This document shows positions 35,818 through 48,759 of a DNA stretch of 64,000 nt, in pieces; the first letter of the stretch is position 1, and each line of letters begins with the position of its first letter. This DNA is from Oculina patagonica (lineage: Eukaryota), in NCBI RefSeq assembly GCF_052425735.1, contig NC_135768.1, forward strand, positions 22,444,001 to 22,508,000, in the 5' to 3' direction. A program made the translations under genes and the position numbers. The notes under the pieces were generated by a model that was not told the origin of the DNA, did no database searches, and saw only the letters and a list, made by a program, of their open reading frames with translations.

Positions 35818-37175
35818 AGATGCCTTTACTTGATTATCATCTTCAAAATTTAACTTAACAAGTATCCCCTTAATAAATCCACCCCTTTTTTCATAGAATA
35901 TAAGCGAAATAAAACATACAGTTTTACATGTACATCCATCCCTTCACGCATGCCACAAGAGCACACATCATTTTTCTTTTCTTTTCTTTTTTTTTCAATC
36001 ATTAGCAAAAAATCCAGTGTATTTTCACAAAATTATATCATGTAAATTATGTCTTAAGTTTAGTTTCAGATTAGTGTATATTTTTCTTTTCTATTTGTTT
36101 ATACTTCCACTGTAAGATATTGTAAATATTTATGTAGAAATAAAAGAAAATATTAATTTCCTAAGCCTCCTCTGTCTGTTGTTACTTACAATTAATGATA
36201 CAGATGTTATTTTGTTAAACATTGACAACCAGAAACAAAACTGTTGCAACACTTTTTTTATTTTTTTTCTCACTGAAGTCCACTTATTAAATACATAATA
36301 TGTATGTTGTATGTTGTGTGGTCAATACAAATGAATGTTTATATAATAAGTATCATGTTACATCTTTATGTACATGTACATCACAAAAGTCTAAATGTCC
36401 TATGTACAGCAATATACAGTATGTACAGAATGATAACCTCAAAGGTATAATTATTTTGTCACTAAAACACTAAATAATATTTAAAAACGCAATACAATGC
36501 TTATAAGACCCCCCTTCCAAACATCTTCCTATCTTATATGCCCTTCCCCTTTCTATTTAAAGCTTCTGGTATCTCTATAAATTATTTTAAAGGTTCAGTC
36601 ACTTGTTTCATCAGCATTTTTTTTTTTTTTTGCTCTTCTGTTTTATCAGCACATAAAAATGGCAAGCATGCCATAAAATCTTGGTTTGTACTTTGCAGGA
36701 ATTATTAACTGTCATTTGCAAATAAGTGGCACCACTTACAGGCATAAACCTCAAATTTTGTCAGCAATGTTAAAAATTAATGACCAAAAAAATTTAAATT
36801 ATTGATTTGCTGAAGAATCGTTATTTTTTTGCACTAAGTGATGCTGCTAAGATGAAAGTGACCGATTATTAAAAATTTTCATTTTTTGCATTGTTCATTT
36901 AATACAAAGTACATCAAATCAAAAAATAACTCGCCGTTTTCTTAAATAACTCTTAATAATACATGGATGTACATTTCTCGCTTTTTTTCACCAACATTGT
37001 CCAATATCTCAGCCAAAAACCTGATCTTTATTATCGGTGGATTAATGAATGCCTCTTACAGAGGTAGTTTTCATGTAGCCATGTCATCTGAAGACCTTCC
37101 TTGAACTGGAGTGTTTTATAACCATGATGGTTTGAACATCTGAGGAATCACACACGAATCTCCCTCTCAAAATCT

Positions 37176-40100
37176 TTATGTTCGGAAACTCTCCACTCTG
37201 GGTTGAACTCTCTCAAACCTGAGGGTACCACAAAAAAATTGCCTGTGTTAGTATATAAAAGAGTTATCACAAAATTCCAAGTTATACATATTTTTTAAGC
37301 CCTCCAGTCATCAGCTCAAGGAAAAAAGTAGATAATCCCCTCAGAAAACCACACAGACTAAAACAGGATTAAAACTGAATAAACTTCTAATGAGTCATGT
37401 TTATATTCTACAAAGTTTCACGTGGTACATGTAGTTGTATTGATTTGTGTGTACAGTACAGTTAATTAAGCTTAATGACCATAAAGAAGTCAATTATTAT
37501 TAAACTTTGCTAAAACTTTTTTTATAACTCACAGTAAAAATATTAAAGCCTATCCAAAAACCCTTAAAAATGTTAATAGGTCCTGGGTTCAAGTAGTCTT
37601 TTTTTGATTATCAATCAATCATTCTTACCTGCTGAGTTTAAAAATGGGCTTATCACTGTCAGAAGCATTCTTTGGTCTCCTGAAAATAATTATAAAATAT
37701 TTTATATAAGATTAAAGCTCTCTGACATACACAACATTTAAAAGTTGACATCCCCCGCTAATAACCTGTCTGCAATGCATGTCCATTAAGATGTCAATCA
37801 CTACAAAATATTAAATAAAACAGTTTTAAAATTTGCATACCTCATTGCATTTCTGTTCTGTATCTCTCTCTTTTCTTCCATTTCCTGTTGTTGTTTCTAC
37901 AGTAAAACATTAAATGTCAATCGGTGCTCTAAAATCACTACTGTATGCATACATGTGCTCTTCAATAACACGCAAAGTCAGCACAAGTCATCTAACTGGA
38001 CATCTTAGGAAATAGAAGCTCACTTCAATACATTTGTTGGTTCAAAAGATCACATTAATTTTGTCTGTTGTGATTGGTAGAGTTTGGAAAAAAATTGTTT
38101 GTTTTTGCTTTTCAAGGTCTGTTGGCTGTCAAAATAATTTTAAAAGATTGATGGTAACGAAAAACACAACTTTACGCTTTAAAATTCCCTTGAAATTTTA
38201 TACTACCTGTTTTCTTTGTAACATCACTGGCTATATTGCCAAACAACAGCAAAATAGTTGCAATTAGAAATGAACTGCCTTATTCACATTCTTGCCATTT
38301 TGTTTTTACCTTTTTATCGTCTCTTTCATTCTTGACCTTGTGTCGTTGTTCCTCAAACCAGTCTCGTTGGTAACCCATCGACAACAAATGCCCAAAGTTC
38401 ACAGGCTGGTTTTCACTAATAAGAAGCAAGATAAAAATTCATTACAAAAAGATGTCAGAATCATGCAATTACTGCTGCAGGAAAATGTTAACATTCTTCA
38501 AGTCTGATTGTGACTGGTATGAAAAAGAATCCATTTGCTTTGCTTAGGGCCAAGTGATAAGCTGCAAGAGAGGATACTGTACCCCCTCTTGTAATCGCAC
38601 TCTCTGAAATTTTGAATGAGGGGATATGAAACTCTCCCTATACCAGACCAAGTATACTGCTTACTTTGCAACCTCATTTCTAAACAAGCCAAAAAAATCA
38701 CTAGCCTTTCCCAGACTCAATATTTTTCAGAAACTTTATTACTATTGCAGTCATTTGCTACTGTATTTTAAAAACTTTTTTCCTAATCATTTATAACCCT
38801 ACACTGTATGTATTGGGACACCAGCTAACGGCACTAACTAACTACCGGTAGTTCAATTTACTGGGCCATACAACATGTATATTTTACTTACATTTTTGGC
38901 AGTCTAGCTTGTCTTCTTTGCACCTGAGGTTCATTTTTCTGTGCTTCTTTCAGTTCTTCATATCTCTTGTCTGTCTTGTGAGTCTTCTTCAGAGGGGGAA
39001 GTCTAACATTGTTGGGGTTCTGTTTTGTATCTTTGGCATCCCTTCAAAAGGAAAAATTTTATAATGTATGTACATTTTAAGTCATTTTTTTTTAGTAAAA
39101 TAATTATCTGTTATACCAAATCTATTTCAAAATTTTATTTAATTATGTCATACATTACTTTTCATGTTTGTTCTGAGAATTTGGTGGTCAATATCAAGAC
39201 AATAATTAATATTTTCCCCTGCTTGATAATTTTCTTAAAAATCATATTGCGGAGAGGGGCAGAGGAGTCTGAATCTCCCGCCTCCCGTACCTTTAACTCC
39301 CACTTCCCTAATGTCTTACTCCCGCCTCCCACCCCTTTCCAAAGCCGTTCTCCCCTCTTTATGCCATATCTATTGGAAAATTTAACTCGTTTTCTCCCAG
39401 TTCCCGCCACTTAGGAATTCTGTTTCCCGCCCTTCCTGCCCCTTTTCTTCCAGGCTCCCACTTTATTCTCATCTCCTATCTCGGACGTACAAGCAAACTC
39501 GTACCCCCACCATCGTACAAGGGCGGGGGGGGGGGGGGAGGATGGAACCCCTCCCCGGAGTTTTTGTTATATTAAGGCGTAGCGAAATTATTTTGCTCTC
39601 AGAAGAAAGCCCGTAGCTTACTCTACAAGATGGCATAATTTTAATTGGCCGTGACGTCACATGACGTCATTAGAGCCGCCATCTTGGATCCACCATCTTG
39701 GATTTCAACATTTTCTTAGAAAGTCACAAAATAACGGAAATTGATGCAAAATCAAGTCAGAGTGCTTATGGAATGTTAAAATAAACAAATCGTGCAATTC
39801 TGTTTAAAAAAACTGGAAAAAATAAAGAAAAATGTTAAAAATGACAATTTTTGGCAAGACCTGCCTGTATTTATGACGTTGTCATGGCAACGTCAAATAT
39901 CATGGACACATGGTTGACATATCAAAATTTCGGCAAAGGATGAATGAACAGCTACTGTAAGTTTCAGTACTGTAGAGTAAATCGTTTTCTCAAAATATGG
40001 AACAAACCTTATGGGGGAGGGTGGCATCCACCCCCCCTTGTACGTCCGAGGGTTAACAGTATTGAAATTGAGACATTCAATGTTTATCAGTCTGAACACA

Positions 40101-42564
40101 CTCTTACCGTTGCCATTTTGACAGGTTGTCAAATCCCATGATTGGTCGCTTAGTTCGATAAGAACCTGTCACAAATTGATCTTCGTCTGGCACATCATGG
40201 ACATGCGAGTGGACGTACCATTCAGGAAGGACATGATATCTGAAAATACCACACAAAACATATTCATGAAATTGATTCAATTAATAAAGGTTATTACATA
40301 TTATAGAAGGCCACAAATCCGATTTAGATTTTGGGCTAGTGGTGTCAACTGCCCAATATGAATTTAGTAGTAAGTGATACTTGATGATAGTATAACTTCA
40401 ATTGAACTACTTAATTGCCAGCACTCTGGACTACGAACAGTCCCTTTTTTTGCAGGGTGCGCCTTGCCCCGCGTTGTCCCCATTTTTTGTGTGATCATTT
40501 ATTTTAATTTTACTTCCCTCGATGGACTCTTCGAAAAAATAGGGACTGCTCATAGTCTACCAGCACTATGGAAATGGTGAAAAATCTTTTCCTGGTGGTG
40601 CTCAGTATATCAACTGTTTTTTAGTCTCCCTATAGTCGGTCGGTATAAAACGCAGACCATGCAGACTGCAGACTGCAGACCGTGCAGACCGTGCAGACTG
40701 AGTAATTTTTTCTTCTTCTTTTTTTACATTGTGTTTCACAAAACTTTTCACGAACGGTTTCCGAAGTTCGTTTGAAATTCGCGAAGTTCGCTACGAACTT
40801 TAGGGGGAATTTCATTATGTAGTTGTCAATCAAATTACGAACTTCGAAACGAAATTGTGAATTTCACGTGCAGCGAAGTTGAAAGGTTGAGGAGTTCGCA
40901 AGTTGAGAAGAAGTTCGTCCAGTTTGTTTAATTTGATGCAATGAATCCGTTCCCAGTACAGCAAAAAGCAATCCCAAGTCCAGTAAGGCAGGACATCAAC
41001 GGACTAAAACTGAAGCAAGGCTGCCCTGAAAATGGTTTGTGAATGTTACAACTGAGTTTTCCCAATGTCACCCGACACCCGGCTAAAAATAGATTACAAG
41101 TTCTGCCGTGTGCAGTTTCGAAGGAAAAAATTTCAACAGATGAACCGGTTTACATATAAAAATACTGTTTGTGTGTGCCGTAAAAATCTTCTAAAGAGAA
41201 AAAAACGTTTTCCTTCTTGAATACACATCAGTTTGGAAAATCTGCGGAAAACCAGAACTTTTCAATTCCGTGTTGTTATACTTCTGTGTTTACACAACAC
41301 GCAAGTCACGCCATCTGTCTGTTCGTGATAAACTCTGTTCCTCTGAAGTTCGTAGCGAACTTCGCGAATTTCAAACGAACTTCGGAAACCGTTCGTGAAA
41401 AGTTTTGTGAAACACAATGTAAAAAAAGAAGAAGAAAAAATTACTCAGTCTGCACCGTCTGCACGGTCTGCACAGTCTGCATGGTCTGCGTTTTATACCG
41501 ACCGCCCTATAGTGGCCATCCCAGTTGACCATAGAAGAAAGCTTTGACTGTTATAGCGTCACCATATACCCTTACCCTTCCTTGTGTTCTTTGTGTTCCT
41601 CCATGTGTTGAGCTTCATCGTCATAGTATTCATCTAATTCATCTTCTGCTGGATGCTCGTGATCAAACCAATCGACTCTTGGATACGCAACTGGTTCTTC
41701 GGCTTTCTGAGGTGGAGTGCGAAATGACAACAGATTCTTTCGGCCTCCTCCCTTGGCGAGTTTTATGTACTTTGAGTCGGTATCTCTTATCCACTTTCTT
41801 CTAAAGTGTCTGTCGTCACCCTCAGGATGTGCCTGCTCATCTGGGAGTCCCCCTATCCCTGGGATTTGTGATGCAGGGGGTGCTGCCTTGGGAGTTTGGA
41901 CAGTCTTTTTACTGGGAGCATGGTAGTACCAATCTGAAGAATAAAGAGGAAATTTTAATAAAATATGTTAGTAAAGATGTCAAACTTTTGACAACTACAT
42001 TTTTGTAAGCTACAAGACTCTTGTACTGATTTTGAAGGCAGACCAGGATCACGAATACAAAAACAGATCCTTTAGCGTTTAAGCTTCACGAGTCTTCAGC
42101 CCAGCAATGTCAAAACTTCCAGTGACCATCTCATATCAGTTATTACGATTAAAAACGATCGTTCATTAGCGATTTAAAGTTTCCGAGTCTTCCTCTTTAT
42201 GTAGTGCAGCGTTAAGCGAAACCAACTGAACATACGAGCAATAAATTGCATGCAATTCGCACAAGAAGTGAACTTTTGAAATGAAGATTTTCAGCTGATT
42301 GCCGCGTTGTTCTTCGACTGTAAGTTCCCTTGTGAATAAAATAAAGATCGAAATCTCGTGTCTAGGTGAAACGTATACGAACTAAGCACGATTTGGGAAA
42401 GAAATAAGCATTTAAATTCTGCAGAACCCTGGCTTCAACTTCGCTTTTTGCTGTGACAACATGGCGGTCGAAAACAAGTTTCACAATAGTTGACATTTCT
42501 ACACGTACACACGAAAAAACCAAGCGAAAGACTTACCTTGAGTTGAAATGTGTGGGTTAGGCAT
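37176..42564 (-). CDS. C7orf57: C7orf57-like uncharacterized protein, 8 coding exons, 307 aa
   Basis: Exons 42564-42537, 41933-41576, 40239-40108, 39041-38892, 38415-38310, 37896-37841, 37679-37629 and 37218-37176 give an open 924-nt frame that the ORF track misses. Motifs DWYYHAP, APPASQIPG, WIRDTDSKYIKLAKGGGRKNLL, PVAY..DW, FD..SKWQR and VNFGHLLSMGYQRDW match my recollection of human C7orf57. Confidence 0.9.
39480..40052. mobile_element. piggyBac-like MITE with damaged left end
   Basis: CTCGGACGTACAAG ... CTTGTACGTCCGAGGG|TTAA. Confidence 0.75.
40427..40559. mobile_element. Short TAGACT-type palindromic MITE
   Basis: TGGACTACGAACAGTCCCT ... AGGGACTGCTCATAGTCTA with CCAGCACT on both flanks. 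Confidence 0.7.
40637..41504. mobile_element. Mutator/MuDR-like non-autonomous element, ~165-bp TIRs, 9-bp target duplication
   Basis: CCCTATAGT|CGGTCGGTATAAAACGCAGACCATGCAGAC ... GTCTGCATGGTCTGCGTTTTATACCGACCG|CCCTATAGT. Confidence 0.9.
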
Positions 42565-42709
42565 TTAAATCGTTCAACTTCCTTGGAAGAATGTCTTAAT
42601 TTTATCGTTTTCTCGGGTACGCTGTTATTTCCAACTGCCGTGAAACGAAGCAAGAACAACTCTGACGACGCTGGACGATGGCGGTCGCTTTGAAAAAGAT
42701 TATGTGTTT

Positions 42710-42723
42710 GTTTCTATGGTAAC
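42710..42723. promoter_or_regulatory. RFX X-box upstream of the C7orf57-like gene
   Basis: GTTTCTATGGTAAC fits the X-box consensus GTHNYY-AT-RRNAAC and lies ~146 bp upstream of the ATG. Confidence 0.75.
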
Positions 42724-43382
42724 AAAATTTCCAAACAGCTGTTGCGTGACGAACACATCACGCATCTCCAAACGCATCCCACATCACGGACCGAACCGAA
42801 CAACAGTAGTGAAAAGCCGCTTAAATAATACGGACGGACCCGCTTATTACGGAATGTTTTGTTTCTCAGAAGCTCATACAATTAATTTTACATTAACCCG
42901 CTAAATACGGACAACGGACACTTTCTCTTTTCTTTGTAGTGACAGTGTAGTCATATAAAATAAAGTGACTCCTTTCATTGCTATAATTCAACTGTACTTT
43001 ATTTAATAATTAAGATACTATATTCTTTACATGATCTCGTGATTAGTTATTTTATATTTAATGAGGAAAGTAATTTTACAGTATGATTGGGTAATAACGT
43101 CCGTACAATAGTAACGCTATGTAACGCAATACTTAGTTTAGGTAACGCAATACACTACAACACTCTCTCATACAAAGTTAGCCTCGCTTACACTTTTCGG
43201 TCATTGCTTATTTGTGCACCGTACAATTTCATTTGAAAAGATTGTGTGTCAATTGTACCCTGTTAAAAAAAATGAAAACCTTCTTTGGATAAATATAATA
43301 AGATACTGCAATATCACAGCGACAAACCGATGAGTGGTGCCGGATCTATTGAAGACCTGGATCAGTAACTTAGTTAAAACGG

Positions 43383-43568
43383 AAAATATAGACGGCAAAC
43401 TGATCCTGACGGCTAAAGCGGTCAAAAATAAACAAAGTGGATAAAAATAAAAAAAACTAGAATATAAGGGCAAAGTTTTTTTTATATATTCTAGTTTTTT
43501 TTATTTTTATCCACTTTGTTTAATTTTGACCACTTTAGCCGTCAGGATCAGTTTGCCGCCTATATTTT
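43383..43568. repeat. Long hairpin (~80-bp arms) inside a degenerate mariner-like MITE (~42805-43712)
   Basis: AAAATATAGACGGCAAACTGATCCTGACGGCTAAAG... pairs with ...CTTTAGCCGTCAGGATCAGTTTGCCGCCTATATTTT. Confidence 0.85.
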
Positions 43569-45067
43569 TCTTTGGATAATGCGTTTCGTTTTTGTATTTA
43601 TAAAACATGTGTCCGTGACGTTCATTCTCAGAGCCCTTATAATAAGGACACCACGATAATACTGACACTTGTGCGTGTCCCTTAATTCGTGTCTTTATTA
43701 ACGGGGTACCACTATAATGCATGAAGTTTATGGATCTGAAATTCTATTGAAAAAAGCTCACTACTTTATATCGCTTCTGGTTCTTAGAGGCCGTTTTGCG
43801 CGTAAAACACCTGAAAAGAACGACAGCTGAGTGTAATTATTCACTTCATTTCCCGCTTTGCGAAGGATAAAAGAATTGTTTTTCGATCAGTATAAGATCA
43901 AAAAAGAGCAGGGAATTGAAATGAGAACCGCGAGGTTCTTCAAAAAATGTGTTTTTTTTTCTCAAACATGACATAGACTTGCGCTCTGAACGGCTGTACA
44001 AGAGAGACTGATTTCAGAACCCCCTTCAGAAAGGCTGAGGACGCCCCTGCCGATCATAACGAGCGAAAGCTCAGTCAGTGATTTTCTTTAAAAAATACCG
44101 TCTGTAATATGGCCACCCAGTTAATACAGTCAGATTTTTGTGACCCTTTGGTGACCAGATTAACGGGCTTCCAATATAGCACTTTGGTTACCTGTGGCAT
44201 TAAATGCGAAGTGTCATTTAGAGCAATCTTAAAAGTCAATTTCACCCAAATTTATGTTGCATTTTTTGCAAACTAGAGTAAAATAGAGCAATACCTTGAT
44301 AAAACAAACCCTAGGCAGTAAAATGATTTTTCACTTGTTTAAATTACTTCGTCAGTTCTCCACTCACCGCCAATGTTTTTTTTTTTACAATTTTCTTTTA
44401 CACACTACCAGTTGACTACGATGGATCATAAATTATAGCTAGTCTCGCGTGCCAAATGTCCTATTTTCTACCTGTATAGGCTACATAACTTGCTGTCTGC
44501 GGTTGTCGAATGCTAAACCACAAGCTTTAATACTGACCCACTCTTTTAAAATATCTACACAAACGCTTTTAGTATCATGTCAACAACGGATCTTTCATTC
44601 CATGTCAATATTTTTTTCGTCAAAGCTGAGTGCCAAAGATGTCTTTTGAGTAGAGCCGGAAATTATTGGCCACAGTTGCTGTGAATAGGAGGCACAATTA
44701 TGATTATGATGTGATTATGATATGATTAATTATAATTATGATTATTAATGCTGTCACGAAGACGGCAAAACGTTGTTCGCTATGGATTTCGCTATTTTTT
44801 ATTTAAGATAGTTTTTAAACTGTTAATTATTTCGAAGCGCCGCGTGGCAACCCAGATAACGGTACACGCGTTAGAGACTGTACAAACTGAATAACGGAAA
44901 CAAATTAGGGAGACTATACTTTAAGTGTCGCTAACATGGAAAAACGTGAATCGTAAAGATACAGCGTTTTAATTTCGTTCAAGTTTGGAAAACTGAAACA
45001 TGATGAAGTATTAGATTGTTAGTATTTTTTGTAAACTTTCAATGTATCAATGTATCAATATATCAAC

Positions 45068-45265
45068 CTAGTAAATGGCCCAGCTCACAACGAGTCTCTC
45101 GTAGCTCAGTTGGTTAGAGCGCCCAACCGGTATCTGAGAGGCCATGGGTTCGATTCCCGTCGGGGACTCAGATTTTTTCTTTGTCCCATGGCCCACGCTC
45201 GAGTCATGGTGAATAATTTCTTCACTATTTATCACCAAGCTTAAAATTTACCATCTTTATTATTA
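45068..45265 (+). mobile_element. tRNA-derived SINE-like repeat (family C)
   Basis: GTAGCTCAGTTGGTTAGAGC (A box) and GGGTTCGATTCCC (B box), but no proper anticodon stem; continues into a non-tRNA body. Confidence 0.7.
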
Positions 45266-46006
45266 CATCTTTTTTTATTTTATTTATTTTTTTTTATTAA
45301 TCTCGATCTACACCTAATTGCAATAAGGTTGTCATAGAAAAAAGGAAAAAGGAAAAAGCCAAATAGGAATTAATTTAGCGCATGCATGAATTTTATTTGT
45401 ACAAATGGCCTCAAAATGCCTCAAAATACGAATAAATCAATTGTTCTTGTTACAGAATAAAAAATTGGACTCAAAGTGTGCAGATAAAAACTCGTGAGTT
45501 TTCTGTAAAGGCTATCAGTTATGAAACTACACTAATTAATTCCTATTTACCTTTTTTCTTTTTTCTTTTTTCTATTACAACGTTATCGCAATTAGGTGTA
45601 CACAAAAAACACACTGAAGAAATATTTCATATTTTAGGGGGGAGTTCGATGGGCGAAATGGTTCTGCCAGGTCCTTTTGGGACGCCGCAATTCGCAGAAT
45701 GCGCGCGCGAGACGATTTTAAGTTAATTGTCTCATGCGCGCATTCCACTTTTTCCACGCGCGCATTAGCGTTTTTTGGCAGCCATATTGGCATCCCCAAG
45801 TAATATATATAATTTTGCGTAAGGAAAGAACTCATTTTCTAGATAAAGAAGAGAAGAGAGATTCCATTTATTCGAAACCGTCACAACACCTATGTCCGTC
45901 ACAACTTCATGTGAAAACGTTCTTTCCCCTCTCCCTCCCCTCCCCTCTCCCTCCTGTATTACTCTCTGTGAGCCTGAATCTCTCTCTCAAAATACGCCTG
46001 CGTTAC

Positions 46007-47057
46007 TCGACCGCGGTCAAACGACAGAAATATGCAAAAAATAAGAAAAGTACTGCAAAGATAAGGTTTTAATTTTCACTGTTCAAAGTTCGATACATAA
46101 CCGGTATCCTAAGGGTTTACTAAGTTTTTTGGAGCTTTACTAAAAAAGTTCTACGAGTTTTAAAAAAGCAATATGCGGACTTGTCGGCGCCATTTGTCAC
46201 TTTGGTTTGGATGCGGAACATTTAAAAAGTAAAAACACTCGTTTACCTGAGGAAATGGGATTATGCTTACACTCAGCAACTATTTTTATCTATCCTTGCT
46301 CGTACTAACACTTCAATTTGAACAATTACCGTACCCAAATTCGCAAGTAGCCAATCAGAAGCGCGATCTACTGTCCTGATATCCTACGATATCAAGTCAC
46401 TGACCTGATATGCCCCCATATCACGGTAACTTTGAAGTAAAGTAGTGTTACTGTGTAATGAATTGAAAAGACGTTTTACCAATAGAACAGAACTTCGTAA
46501 TTTAAATTAAGCGGTGTTAAGTGGTCTTAGAAAGAGAAAAACTTTCCCGCCAAAACTAAACTTGAGCGCGCTCGCCAATTGCGCGATGTTTGCCGACGAG
46601 TACTGAGCCATTCAGAGTGAAAAAATTGGAGTCGGAATTTCCAAGTTTTTCGCTAAATTTTAATTTTGAAAATGTAGAGAATGAAACTCTAAACAAACGA
46701 GTGGAAAAAGGCAGAAGATGAACTTGGTAAAAGTGTCGAAGACCAAGTCATCACAATTTACAGTACGTGTATCCTTGCAAGCATGGCTTCAACAGAGCGA
46801 TAAATATAACCGGATTTTTTTCTGAATTTGGGTACGGTAAATACCTAATCGTACCTTTTTGGTACGCTTCGGCTGCATATCAGGCTCGCTTGGTCTCGCC
46901 ATAGGTATTTTGGCTCGACTGCGTCTCGCCAAAATACGAAACATGGCTCGACCAAACTCGCCTGATATGCAGCCGAAGCGTACCAAAAAGGTACGATTAG
47001 GTATAAAAATCGCCGAAATGGTAAAATAAGCTGCCTGAGACGTTTGACCGCGGTGAA
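46007..47057 (+). mobile_element. Non-autonomous TIR element with 9-bp target duplication (MuDR-like), long copy
   Basis: CTGCGTTAC|TCGACCGCGGTCAAACG ... CGTTTGACCGCGGTGAA|CTGCGTTAC; contains a hairpin at ~46841-47003. Confidence 0.88.
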
Positions 47058-48112
47058 CTGCGTTACAGGCTGTTTCGTGCAATATATACAATGTATATAT
47101 GGATCATTTTTAATTTTTTCACATTAAAGGCTTCTGATTATTTAAATTTTTGCTTGCCCATTGTGTGTTTGGTCGTGCTTGGGTGTACTAGGAGCTCACA
47201 GTCTGCTTGTTTTTGCAGTGCTACTTTGATAGTTTTGACGCAGATAATAGTCTATTCATTTGCCTACTTCTAAGAAAGAGAACGGATGTGGCTAGTAATT
47301 AAAAAAAACATTTAACTCTTTTATGTGTAAACAATGGAAGCACTGTCTAGGCCGTTTCACCAAAAACCTGAGAGAAATGCAAAAAAGTTACTCATCCGGC
47401 AAAATCTATAACAATAACGTATTAAACACTAAGCAGTTTTTGAAATATGGAAACTGACGTTTGGACGCGTTTCTTTGTTTTGAAGACGATATAACCTAAT
47501 TATACGTATAAACAGAGTTGAGTGCTTTTAACATGTTTAACTTCTAATGCACGTAATGGGTTAACTTTGGTGTTCGGAGAAGCACTGTTTCTTTCCTTCC
47601 AGCATTCCAGGCAATTCCTTCCCATTTGATTTTCATACGTGCTGTTTCTTACAAGGTAATTCTAAGATGTTTCAAAACAGCAGCTGAAAACTCAAATGAT
47701 ATATTGCTACTCCCAACCATCCCCCTCACGGTTTGCAAGGTCGTATGGGTGAAGCCTTTCCAGGAAACGTACGTGTTATCCAGCATGTAGTTTCTGTCTG
47801 CCACAGCTGACAAAACGATTGCACGCACGCCGTGTTCACGTGCTAACGTGCTATTGGAAAACGGAGATTGTTTCTGTGGCACTGCTGGAACCAGGGAGAG
47901 TACACAAACTGGTTTTTGTTTTAATGTACTCGGCAAAAGCGCCTGCCCTCTACTGAACGGCGGTCGTCGAATTTTAAATTTCTGTGGTACAACTAAATAA
48001 CGCCGCACAAGAATTGTGCAAAGCGCGAGTTTCAAGTTGTTGTTTGCTTCATAACTGGCAATGCTTCTCAGAATAATCTAAGCCTTACGCGACGAAATTA
48101 AATTATAGCCCC

Positions 48113-48341
48113 TAGGGCCGTAGGCAGGGGGGTGCGATGGGTGCGTCCGCACCCACTCACGGGCCACAAAGTTCCGCCTAATCAGGGAGTGAAGGTTAAA
48201 ATGAATCTCAAAATGCAGGAAATGTGGACTTAAACAACTTCATTTTTCAAAATTTCCCAGGTGAGAATACCCCCGGACCCCCGAGACGCTCACGCCTCTG
48301 GTGCTCGCACCCACCCATGCAAGATCCTGCCTACGGCCCTG
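48113..48341. mobile_element. Small hAT-like MITE
   Basis: TAGGGCCGTAGGCAGG ... CCTGCCTACGGCCCTG, flanked by AGCCC(C/T). Confidence 0.75.
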
Positions 48342-48759
48342 AGCCCTTTCTACTTTCTTACACTACACATCAATTAAGTTTTTCTTACTAGTAGTAGCAT
48401 CACAATCAAAAAGCCTGAAGCAAACTGCAAGTTAAAATTTACAATTACAAGCTCGATACCTGCTGCTTGATGTAGAGAGTTTTAAAAGAACCTGGCTTTT
48501 CAATCTGAAAGTTATCTTATTTTTAGAATCTGTTTCCGATCCGAAGTTCAGTTCGAGATTCCTTTTCCCGTTTTCAATTTTCAAATTCCAAATGTTAATG
48601 ACTGTATCAAATCTCAGTAAACAACCCCTCACAAGAAAATCATATGACTCAACTATGACTAGACAGCATTGTTATGATTATTAAAGCTGGACTCGCAGAT
48701 AGCCCGCCCTCACTCGTGTGAGCGCATCGTTGGCTTTTTCCAACGTTTTCGAGCGAAAA

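Noticed and set aside
40630-41528. Two ORFs sharing PLKFVANFANFKRTSETVREKFC...CTVCTVC (possible Cys-rich peptides)
   Set aside because: Both are translations of the two TIRs of one transposon.
45093-45168. tRNA gene
   Set aside because: A and B boxes are present, but the anticodon stem does not pair and the sequence continues into a repeat body; treated as SINE-derived.
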